From positions 26,991 to 50,990 of the forward strand of contig PBOR01000038.1 of NCBI GenBank assembly GCA_002724395.1: DNA of 24,000 nucleotides, in the 5' to 3' direction. Origin of the DNA: Rhodospirillaceae bacterium (GTDB taxonomy: Bacteria > Pseudomonadota > Alphaproteobacteria > UBA8366). A model generated the notes under the pieces. It worked only from the letters and a program-made list of their open reading frames with translations, had not been told where the DNA came from and made no database searches. Every line of letters begins with the position of its first letter. Positions within the stretch are counted from its first letter, which is position 1. Of the stretch, positions 1 to 7,561 are shown one piece after another. The translations under genes were made by a program, and so were the position numbers.

Positions 1-238
1 GATGTTTATCTTTCCACTCTTCATAAGGCATGCCGTAGATGATTTCACGTGCACCCTCATAGTCCAATTTAAGGCCTTTTTCTTCTGCTGCTGCCATATA
101 CCATTTGGACAGGCAATTTCGGCAAAATCCCGCAAGATTCATCATATCGATATTCTGTACGTCTGATCGTTCGCGGAAATGATCCACCAGGCGGCGAAAA
201 GCCGCTGCTTCGAGGTCAGTTTGGGTCTTTTTATCCAT
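1..238 (-). CDS. DUF1244 domain-containing protein (N-terminal part; gene runs off the 5' edge of the window)
   Basis: Absent from the ORF track because its stop lies outside the window. The reverse complement from ATG at 238 reads MDKKTQTDLEAAAFRRLVDHFRERSDVQNIDMMNLAGFCRNCLSKWYMAAAEEKGLKLDYEGAREIIYGMPYEEWKDKH with no stop. The FCRNCLxKWY core matches my memory of the small DUF1244 family. Confidence 0.7.
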   Translation of the reverse strand, partial: MDKKTQTDLEAAAFRRLVDHFRERSDVQNIDMMNLAGFCRNCLSKWYMAAAEEKGLKLDYEGAREIIYGMPYEEWKDKH

Positions 239-460
239 GGATAGGTCTCCATATTTGATAATAAGGTTTAAGGTTTAGTGCTTCTAAGCTTTTGTTCCCT
301 TCACTATACTTCAGTCATGATTGCGCACCTAAGGAATACGCGCTAAATCGGCGAGCCTTTTTGGCGATAGTGGTTGGTGTTATTACACTTGGGACATTTA
401 CGCTTTGGCAAGTGGCAATTGCTTGCTGATTTCCATTACGCTTTCTATTAAGTTCTGAGA

Positions 461-1897
461 ATGAGACGACAACATTTGACTAAGATTGTAGCGACACTCG
501 GTCCTGCATCTGCAGCACCGGAGAGCATTCGTGCTTTGTTTGATGCCGGGGTAGACGTGTTTCGTCTGAATTTTAGCCACGGGGATCATACGGATAAAAA
601 AGCGAATATTGATGCCATCCGTTCAATTGAGAAGGAATCCGGGCGTCCCATTGCAATTATGATGGATTTGCAAGGCCCCAAACTTCGTGTTGGTACTTTT
701 GAAGATGGCCCAATCAAGTTGCAGGCGGGTGATGAATTCCGGTTAGAATTAGAAGATAAGCCTGGCAATAAATCACGTGTGACATTGCCGCATAAAGAGA
801 TTTTTGAGGCTTTGGAGGCTCCGACCGATCTATTACTGGATGACGGGAAAATACGCTTACGGGTAATAGAATCTGGAGCTGATTTTGCCAATACGGAAGT
901 GGTCAATGGCGGGGCTCTGTCTGACCGTAAAGGCGTGAACGTTCCTGGTGTAGCGCTCCCATTGTCTGCTTTGACCGAGAAAGATTTGAGAGATATGAAT
1001 TTCGGTCTCGATCAAGGTATTGATATTTGTGCTCTATCGTTTGTTCAGCGTCCCCAAGATTTAGGTGATGCGCGTAAACTCATACGAGGGCGTGCTGCTT
1101 TGTTGACCAAACTAGAGAAGCCGACCGCGATTAATCATCTGGAACAGTTGGTAGAAATGTCCGATATGGTCATGGTCGCACGCGGTGATCTGGGGGTTGA
1201 GCTTCCGCCTGAGGTGGTGCCGGTTCTTCAGAAACGCATCGTTGCAACTTGTCGAGAAATGGGTAAGCCGGTCATTGTTGCGACGCAAATGCTGGAATCA
1301 ATGATTAACGCGCCAACCCCAACCCGTGCTGAGGCCTCTGATGTTGCGACCGCGGTCTATGACGGTGCGGATGGGGTCATGCTATCCGCGGAAACCGCAG
1401 CGGGCCAGTACCCCATCGACTCAGCGGCTATTATGAACCGGATCGTCGAGCATACCGAAAGTGATTTACGGTATCGTAAACTCCTGGAGGCAGAAGCCCC
1501 TGAGCCTGAAGCAACGGCCGCTGATGCTATTAGCGCCGCTGCTCGGCAAGTGGCTGTAACTTTGTCGGCAAAAGCAATCGTCACCTATACCACTTCCGGT
1601 TCTACGACGATGCGAGCAGCGCGCGAACGACCTGAGGTGCCTGTTATTGGTTTGACGCCCAGTATTGCAACGGCACGGAGGTTAGCCGCCGTTTGGGGTG
1701 TCCACAGTGTCCATACGGAAGACGCGCGAGATTTTGGCGAGATGGTGCAGTTTGCCAGTAACCATGTCTTGCAAGACGGATTTGCTTCGGTAGGTGATCG
1801 CATTGTGATTACTGCAGGCGTTCCTTTCGGTACGCCGGGGGCAACAAACATTTTGAGAATCGCACGTGTTGGCCAATCGGCTGGACAACGACTTTAA
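461..1897 (+). CDS. pyk: pyruvate kinase
   Basis: 478-aa ORF with canonical pyruvate kinase signatures: TKIVATLGPAS near the N-terminus, RLNFSHG, MVARGDLGVELP, VATQMLESM, and a C-terminal regulatory-type domain. Confidence 0.95.
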   Translation: MRRQHLTKIVATLGPASAAPESIRALFDAGVDVFRLNFSHGDHTDKKANIDAIRSIEKESGRPIAIMMDLQGPKLRVGTFEDGPIKLQAGDEFRLELEDKPGNKSRVTLPHKEIFEALEAPTDLLLDDGKIRLRVIESGADFANTEVVNGGALSDRKGVNVPGVALPLSALTEKDLRDMNFGLDQGIDICALSFVQRPQDLGDARKLIRGRAALLTKLEKPTAINHLEQLVEMSDMVMVARGDLGVELPPEVVPVLQKRIVATCREMGKPVIVATQMLESMINAPTPTRAEASDVATAVYDGADGVMLSAETAAGQYPIDSAAIMNRIVEHTESDLRYRKLLEAEAPEPEATAADAISAAARQVAVTLSAKAIVTYTTSGSTTMRAARERPEVPVIGLTPSIATARRLAAVWGVHSVHTEDARDFGEMVQFASNHVLQDGFASVGDRIVITAGVPFGTPGATNILRIARVGQSAGQRL

Positions 1898-2319
1898 GAC
1901 TTGTCTAAATTTTTGAATTTGCCAGTCCGCGGTCGCTTGAAGGCGCCTATCGGTGCTATTTCCGCCATGCCACCACCATCTGGAAAATAGAATTTGACCG
2001 GCACTTGGCCTGGGGGACTAATAATTGTACAGCCATACTCTTTTAATCTTGCCATGGTCGCCTCTACATCTTCAACTTCAATGCCAAAATGGCCGATTTT
2101 GAATCCTGGTCCATGAGCTTGCGCTTCTGTTGAATTTTCATCGTCATATTGAGTGCAGGCGAGATCAATCACACCATCGGTTAGGTGCGCTGTCGAATGA
2201 TCGTCGCGTGTCCGCCTCCTTTCCAGTTCCTTGAAACCAAAAATAGATTTATAGAAATCAGCAGTGCGATGCATGCTTTCGACCTTTAGCTGAATATGGG
2301 TGATGCGCGCTTTAGTCAT
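1894..2319 (-). CDS. VOC (glyoxalase/bleomycin-resistance/dioxygenase) family protein
   Basis: 141-aa ORF with a single VOC-fold pattern (ITHIQLKV..FYKSIFGF, IGHFGIEVEDV, PDGGGMAEI). His/Glu residues sit at the usual metal-ligand positions. Its stop overlaps the pyk stop by 4 nt. Confidence 0.75.
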   Translation of the reverse strand: MTKARITHIQLKVESMHRTADFYKSIFGFKELERRRTRDDHSTAHLTDGVIDLACTQYDDENSTEAQAHGPGFKIGHFGIEVEDVEATMARLKEYGCTIISPPGQVPVKFYFPDGGGMAEIAPIGAFKRPRTGKFKNLDKS

Positions 2320-2406
2320 AAGCCTTCCCGTTCGGTTTCAAAAATTCACTCTAAGTAACTAATCCATAGTATATCTTAAAGGCCGCAAAACTATGACAGG
2401 TGTAAT

Positions 2407-3309
2407 GTGACATTTCGGCCAGTGGATTTTTTTCAATCCGATGCCTCTGCTGCAAGAGACCAATTTCTAAGCGTCTGCGAAGATGCGGCTTTGGAAGTAT
2501 GGACAAAGAGTAAGGTTGGAGAAAAAGGGTGCGTAATCGATATCGCTCGAATTGGCTCGCCGGACGCGGCATCTGTTCTCGTTTTAACCTCTGGGGTGAG
2601 TGAAGGTGAAGGTCTATGCGCTTCTGCCGTTCAGTGTTGTGTACTCGCTGGGCCTGTTCGGCGCGAGTTGCCCAAGAATGTAGGTATCCTTTTCGTGCAC
2701 GCGATTCAGCCTTGCTGGAAGCAAATAGTGCCAAATTCGACTTTTACGGGGACTGAACGTGCTTGGGAGGACGATCTCTTGGTGGCAGCAGATAGCCGTT
2801 ACGAAGAATATGTCAGAGGGGAAAAAGTTGCGGCTGAACCGGTCGAAGGCTCATTGGAATTAAGATTGGACGAAGATGATGTTGAAGGTCGTGTTTCCAG
2901 TTACCTTGAGCGCGCGAAGCGGATTGGTATTATTGATGTTCGTACGGGCCCAGGTGAGTTTGGGCATTGCGATGTGATAGCTTGTGCCGGGCGGGCTACC
3001 CAGGCTGGTCAACGGGCGGCGCTTTGGTTTGGCGCAAAGACTGATATGGCTGATTCTGCATCAAGTGCAGTGCCTAGCCCGCTCGTGCAAAGTTTGATCA
3101 GGTCACTGTCCTCAGCTGAATTGGCAGCAGTGGTTATGGAATTCGGTACCTATTCGCTTAAGGTGATGCTCGGCAGTGTGCCGGGACGTTTCTTCTATCC
3201 AGAAAACTCAGAATGGCAGCTACAGGTTTGGCAAAAGGCTCATGCGGTTATTCAGCACGCAATGTGGGCCATGGACAAGTCTTTACCACCCCGTCCGATT
3301 AATGATTAA
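2407..3309 (+). CDS. DUF2817 / M14-like metallopeptidase-fold protein, apparently degenerate (GTG start)
   Basis: 300-aa ORF with an AGGTG Shine-Dalgarno sequence 4 nt upstream of GTG. The architecture matches my memory of the DUF2817 family: N-terminal F..S...AR..FL, VLVLTSGVSEGEG in place of SGxHGVEG, IDVRTGPGEFG in place of IDxHTGLGPxG, and VMEFGT for ALEFGT. Family assignment is from memory, not a search. Confidence 0.55.
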   Translation: MTFRPVDFFQSDASAARDQFLSVCEDAALEVWTKSKVGEKGCVIDIARIGSPDAASVLVLTSGVSEGEGLCASAVQCCVLAGPVRRELPKNVGILFVHAIQPCWKQIVPNSTFTGTERAWEDDLLVAADSRYEEYVRGEKVAAEPVEGSLELRLDEDDVEGRVSSYLERAKRIGIIDVRTGPGEFGHCDVIACAGRATQAGQRAALWFGAKTDMADSASSAVPSPLVQSLIRSLSSAELAAVVMEFGTYSLKVMLGSVPGRFFYPENSEWQLQVWQKAHAVIQHAMWAMDKSLPPRPIND

Positions 3310-4184
3310 CGTGGTCGGTCACCTTTAATCGTAATGCGATGCATGATTCGGCGGAAGCCGTGATAGTCGTTCATCGCGTAATGCATCACACAACGATTAT
3401 CCCATAGTGCCAAAGAGCCTTCACCCCATCGGAAACGAGCGGTGAATTCAGGTTTCTGAATGTGTTTCCGTAGAAAGCTAATCAGTGGCAAGGCCTCTTC
3501 AAAAGCAAAATCTTTGATGCCTTGGGTGTGCGAGCTGATGTAGAGGCTTTTGCGACCGGTTTCCGGATGGGTCCGTACTAAAGGATGGAAGTTAGTAGTT
3601 TTTAGACCTTTCGGCGGGTCTTTTGGCTTTAGGGAGCTATGCCCCTTGTAGCGATCCTTTTTTGCTTGGCCGCCACGAGTTTTATTTTTGTTACCTGTAT
3701 TCTCGACTTTTAGATCTGCGATCAAATCTTTCATGCCGGGTGATAGAGCTTCATAAGCCAGGTACATGTTAGACCATTGTGTGTCGCCGCCGTAAGGTGG
3801 CACCTCCTTGGCATACAGCATGGTGGCCTTGGCCGGGTTTGGCATAAAGCTTTGGTCTGTATGCCAAAGGTTGCCGAAGTTTTGGGCATCGTTTTCCAGC
3901 TTGATGACTTCAAGAATTTCTGGGTGGTCCTTCATTGGCACCATAAAAGGATGTTGGTGGATGCTTCCAATTTTCTTGGCGAAGCTAATCTGTTGTTTTG
4001 GGGTAATGTCCTGATCACGAAAGCAAATCACTTGATGATCAAGCCAAGCCTGTTTGATATCGATAAAAATTTGCTTGGTAATTGGCTTCGATAAATCCAC
4101 ACCTTGAATTTCTGCACCCAGCGCACCAGCAAATGGCACAGCCTCCAGGGTGTCGTAGTTTAAACGTCTTTTCTCCAACAACAT
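3306..4184 (-). CDS. TauD/TfdA-family Fe(II)/2-oxoglutarate-dependent dioxygenase, paralog 1
   Basis: 292-aa ORF that aligns along its whole length with E. coli TauD as I remember it. It has the FRDQ.ITP.QQ block, WHTD (HxD iron ligands), GGDT, HPLVRTHPETG, WDNRCVMHYA (distal His) and RRIMHRITIKGD (2OG/substrate Arg pair). Confidence 0.9.
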   Translation of the reverse strand: MLLEKRRLNYDTLEAVPFAGALGAEIQGVDLSKPITKQIFIDIKQAWLDHQVICFRDQDITPKQQISFAKKIGSIHQHPFMVPMKDHPEILEVIKLENDAQNFGNLWHTDQSFMPNPAKATMLYAKEVPPYGGDTQWSNMYLAYEALSPGMKDLIADLKVENTGNKNKTRGGQAKKDRYKGHSSLKPKDPPKGLKTTNFHPLVRTHPETGRKSLYISSHTQGIKDFAFEEALPLISFLRKHIQKPEFTARFRWGEGSLALWDNRCVMHYAMNDYHGFRRIMHRITIKGDRPR

Positions 4185-4209
4185 CGAACTCCTTTTTTAG
4201 CCGAGGCCT

Positions 4210-5067
4210 TTAAATAGGCACATCACCTTTAATCGTAATACGGTGCATACGCCGTCGTTTACCATTGTAGTCAGGTACTGCGTAGTGCTGAACACACCTA
4301 TTATCCCATATTGCCATGGAGCCAACTTCCCAACGAAAGCGGCAGAGAAATTCGGGTCGAGCTGAGAATTCACGTAGAAAGTCGATGATTGGCTGAGCTT
4401 CTCTATCATCAAAATCCTGCAACCCGACGACGTGATTGCCGACATAGAGCACTTTCTTCCTGGTTTCAGGGTGCGTGCGGAAAAGAGGATGAAAGCTTGT
4501 GGTCTTCAATCCTTTTGGTGGCGCTTTTACCTTCATCGATGACTTGCCACTATAACGATCCTTACGCGCCTTTACAGATCGGTTCCGTTGATTATCACCT
4601 GACGCCTCAATTTTAACGTCTTTTAGGACCTTCTTAATAGAGGGTGAAAGTGCTCTATATGCGAGATACTGGTTGGAAAACATTGTGTCACCGCCGGTAT
4701 CAGGTACTTCTTTGGCGTAAAGCATTGTGGCCTTTGCTGGGCGCGGTGCAAACATTTGGTCCGTGTGCCAAGAGGATCCAAATGTGTGTGTGTCTGTTTC
4801 CCGTTTTTTTATTTCGATAATTTCAGGGTAACGCGGATGCGGTTTGATAAATGGATGAATGTGAATACTTCCCCATTTTTTGGCGAATACGATTTGTTGG
4901 TTTGGCGTAATTTTTTGATCGCGGAAAAAAATCACATTATATTTTAGCCAAGCTTTGTAGATTTCTTGGAATTCCGCTTTTGGCACGGGCTTCGCTAGAT
5001 TGGGGCCAAATATTTCGGCTCCCAGTGCGCCGGTCATCGGTTTTACGTCGATATGTTTGAATATCAT
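4210..5067 (-). CDS. TauD/TfdA-family Fe(II)/2-oxoglutarate-dependent dioxygenase, paralog 2
   Basis: 285-aa ORF with the same motif set (WHTD, GGDT, HPLFRTHPET, WDNRCVQHYA, RRRMHRITIKGD). It lies 25 nt downstream of paralog 3's... correction: it lies between paralog 3 (16-nt gap) and paralog 1 (25-nt gap) on the same strand. Confidence 0.9.
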   Translation of the reverse strand: MIFKHIDVKPMTGALGAEIFGPNLAKPVPKAEFQEIYKAWLKYNVIFFRDQKITPNQQIVFAKKWGSIHIHPFIKPHPRYPEIIEIKKRETDTHTFGSSWHTDQMFAPRPAKATMLYAKEVPDTGGDTMFSNQYLAYRALSPSIKKVLKDVKIEASGDNQRNRSVKARKDRYSGKSSMKVKAPPKGLKTTSFHPLFRTHPETRKKVLYVGNHVVGLQDFDDREAQPIIDFLREFSARPEFLCRFRWEVGSMAIWDNRCVQHYAVPDYNGKRRRMHRITIKGDVPI

Positions 5068-5083
5068 TGCTATTACTCAAAGA

Positions 5084-5941
5084 TTAAAAGGGTTTGTCGC
5101 CTTTGATAGTGATTCGGTGCATGCGCCGTCGTTGCCCAGGATAATCTGATATCGCGTAATGTTGGAGACAACGATTGTCCCAGATCGCCATAGATCCCTT
5201 TTTCCAACCAAAACGGGTAATAAACTCAGGCTTTGTGCAGTGTTCACGAATCATATTGATCAAGAACTCTGATTCCTCTCGTTCGAAACCGACCAGATTT
5301 TGTGTATGTACGCCTATATAAAGGCCCTTTTTTTTTGTCTCCGGGTGCGTGCGTACTAACGGATGTTCGGAGTTAGTTTTGAGACCTTTGGGTGGCTTCT
5401 TCGGCTGTGCGCTGGCTCCTTTATAACGGTCGTTACGACTGCTATAGGTAGAACGGCGTTTGTTGCCGTCTCCTACGTTGAAAGTTTTAATTGATTTGAA
5501 CATTTTTTTCATGCCCGGCGACAGGGCTTCATAGGCCAAATACATATTGGCAAATTGGGTGTCACCGCCGAAAGAGGGGGTTTCCTTGGCATAAAGCATG
5601 GTTGCCTTGGCTGGGGTTGGCGAAAACATTTGATCGGTGTGCCAGCGATTGCCAAAAGTATAAGTATCCTTCTCGGTCTTTTTGACTTCTAGAATTTCTG
5701 GGTATTTGGCCATCCCTTTTACGAAAGGGTGAATGTGAATGCCACCCCACTTTTTGGCGAACTTTATTTGTTGTTCTGGTGTTATCTTTTGGTCGCGGAA
5801 GAAAACCACCTGATGTTTTAGCCAAGCTTTGTAAATTTCTCCAAACACTGCGCGTTTGATTGGTTTGGCTAGATCGACACCAAAAACTTCGGCGCCACAT
5901 GCGCCTGCGATGGGTTTTACTTCAATATGTTTATAGACCAC
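5084..5941 (-). CDS. TauD/TfdA-family Fe(II)/2-oxoglutarate-dependent dioxygenase, paralog 3
   Basis: Same motif set (WHTD, GGDT, HPLVRTHPET, WDNRCLQHYA, RRRMHRITIKGD). The ORF track starts at GTG 5956. I prefer GTG 5941, which has GAGGA 8 nt upstream and gives an N-terminus (M)VYKHIEVKP matching paralog 2 (MIFKHIDVKP). It is first in an apparent three-gene operon. Confidence 0.88.
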   Translation of the reverse strand: MVYKHIEVKPIAGACGAEVFGVDLAKPIKRAVFGEIYKAWLKHQVVFFRDQKITPEQQIKFAKKWGGIHIHPFVKGMAKYPEILEVKKTEKDTYTFGNRWHTDQMFSPTPAKATMLYAKETPSFGGDTQFANMYLAYEALSPGMKKMFKSIKTFNVGDGNKRRSTYSSRNDRYKGASAQPKKPPKGLKTNSEHPLVRTHPETKKKGLYIGVHTQNLVGFEREESEFLINMIREHCTKPEFITRFGWKKGSMAIWDNRCLQHYAISDYPGQRRRMHRITIKGDKPF

Positions 5942-6048
5942 CAAGCGTATCCTCACGATTAACTACTATTGATTTTGATTTTCTTCATAATCCTTTGAAA
6001 GCTCGCGGAAGGCAAGATGGTGACGAACTTCCGCTCACTCGTGGCTAT

Positions 6049-6086
6049 TTAAAAAAGGCTGACCCTATATTTGGGAACAGCCTTTT
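6049..6086 (-). terminator. rho-independent terminator downstream of fba
   Basis: The minus strand reads AAAAGGCUG-UU-CCC-[AAAUAUA]-GGG-U-CAGCCUUUU followed by further U residues. It begins about 25 nt after the fba stop. It separates fba from the TauD-like operon. Confidence 0.6.
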
Positions 6087-6111
6087 CTAAGAAATCTGTC
6101 GGATACGTTGT

Positions 6112-7032
6112 TTACGCCTTACCCTGATAAATCTTCACGATTGTATTCAACATCGCCAGAGCCTCTTCGCGAGGGCGCTGGAATGTATTTCGCCCAATAA
6201 TTGAACCGCTTCCGCCGCCATCGCGAACAGCACGGATTTCGTCGAGCACACCGTCGAGTTCTTTTGCTTCGCCGCCGGAGAAAACCACGATTCGTCGGCC
6301 GTTAAAAGCGGATCGGATCACATGGGCGATTCGCGCCGACAGCTCAGAAATATCAACGTTATGATCCTCGTAAACCTTTTTTGCTTCTGGTTGGTAGAGC
6401 ACGTTCGATGGCGGTTTCACTTTAATGATATGAGCGCCCATTTCGGCTGCTAGATGAGCTGCGTAAGCACAAACATCAATCGCTGTTTCGCCTTCTCGGG
6501 TTAGGTTGCCCCCGCGAGGATATGACCACAATACAGCGGCGAGGCCTACCGCTTTTGCTTCTTCGGAAAGTTCGCGAAACTCTTCCATCATCTCAAACTG
6601 ATCATCGGCGCCGGGATAAAAGGTAAATCCGATCGCAGCGCAGCCAAGACGAAGGGCATCACCGACGCTCCCGTATACGCCCTGGTCTTTCGATGTGGCG
6701 TGACTGTTAGAGCTATTTAGCTTCAGAATTGTGGGAATGGCTCCTGCAAAACTGTCTGCACCTGCTTCGATCATGCCGAGCGGCGCTGCATAAGCAGACA
6801 GGCCCGCATCAACGGCAAGCTGATAATGATAATGTGGGTCGTAGGCTGGCGGGTTTTTTTCGAAGCTACGCGCCGGGCCATGTTCGAAGCCCTGGTCGAC
6901 CGGTAGTATCAGCAGTTTGCCTGTGCCGCCCAAACGACCGTGCATCAGAATGCGTGCCAAATTGGCTTTGGTGCCGGGACAGTCGCTTTCATAGTTAGCG
7001 AGAATTTTTTTGACGCGTTGCGTGACTTTCAT
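6112..7032 (-). CDS. fba: class I fructose-bisphosphate aldolase (FbaB/DhnA-type)
   Basis: 306-aa ORF. GKLLILPVDQGFEHGP and the lysine context GAHIIKVKPP resemble E. coli FbaB. The genomic context (gap, tkt) fits. Confidence 0.85.
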   Translation of the reverse strand: MKVTQRVKKILANYESDCPGTKANLARILMHGRLGGTGKLLILPVDQGFEHGPARSFEKNPPAYDPHYHYQLAVDAGLSAYAAPLGMIEAGADSFAGAIPTILKLNSSNSHATSKDQGVYGSVGDALRLGCAAIGFTFYPGADDQFEMMEEFRELSEEAKAVGLAAVLWSYPRGGNLTREGETAIDVCAYAAHLAAEMGAHIIKVKPPSNVLYQPEAKKVYEDHNVDISELSARIAHVIRSAFNGRRIVVFSGGEAKELDGVLDEIRAVRDGGGSGSIIGRNTFQRPREEALAMLNTIVKIYQGKA

Positions 7033-7142
7033 AGTTAGCTTTTCCCTATTGACAGATTTTGTTTGGCTCTCAAAGGATGCTTTGAGGCATACAAGAGGTG
7101 CATGTAATTTTCAATGTACTTGGGTGCAACTGGCTAAGGTGT

Positions 7143-7517
7143 TCAATCCAAATCTAAAAGCCAGTTCTTACAGGCGGCATCCAATTGTTCCCCCCGAAGC
7201 TCCAATGCATAAAGGTCAAGCGAGTCGGGCCGTTCGTTCGTCACACGCGCTTTCAACTGTTCCGCTATATCTGCAATTTTATCGAATGTTTCGCCATAGA
7301 AGCGAATATATTTTATTCCCTGACGTAGGGACGCCATGGCGTAACCTGCCATTGTGCCGCAATCAAGCATTGAGGAAGCATCGGCTTCAGGGACGGCCTC
7401 CATAGCTTGAGAGACCACAGACTGGAACCATGCGGGGCCAGTGGTGCCAGCGGCAAAGGGTGCGCTAATCAAAAGCACAGGCCGCTCCGTTTCCGAAGCG
7501 GCCTTTAGCGCCAACAT
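7143..7517 (-). CDS. hypothetical protein between gap and fba (start uncertain)
   Basis: Protein-like composition: PVLLISAPFAAGTTGPAWFQSVV..MLDCGTMAGYAMASLRQGIKYIRFYG..IADIAEQLKARV. The track ORF extends to ATG 7619, which would overlap gap by 58 nt. Internal candidate starts are ATG 7517 and TTG 7529. No family recognised. Confidence 0.5.
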   Translation of the reverse strand: MLALKAASETERPVLLISAPFAAGTTGPAWFQSVVSQAMEAVPEADASSMLDCGTMAGYAMASLRQGIKYIRFYGETFDKIADIAEQLKARVTNERPDSLDLYALELRGEQLDAACKNWLLDLD

Positions 7518-7561
7518 GGCGTGTGCCAAGCTGTAAACCGTAATAGCTTTGGTTAGTGAAC

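Noticed and set aside
413-427. Sigma-54-like TGGCAA...TTGC element upstream of pyk
   Set aside because: The GG-to-GC spacing is one nt too short for the second TGGCAA and two nt too long for the first. Sigma-54 promoters tolerate little spacing change, and no activator gene is nearby.
2351-2734. 127-aa minus-strand ORF overlapping the start of the DUF2817-like gene
   Set aside because: Its Arg/His/Gln-rich composition shows no recognisable motifs. The plus-strand frame carries the family-like blocks and an RBS.
1894-6090. Classical genomic island or mobile element carrying the TauD cassette
   Set aside because: I found no integrase, transposase, tRNA attachment site, inverted terminal repeats or flanking direct repeats. 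It is treated only as an accessory-looking insert.
7010-7405. 131-aa plus-strand ORF antisense to the gap-fba hypothetical
   Set aside because: It spans the fba start and promoter region and its translation is Arg/Cys-rich and non-protein-like. The minus-strand frame has much better protein-like character and matches the orientation of its neighbours.
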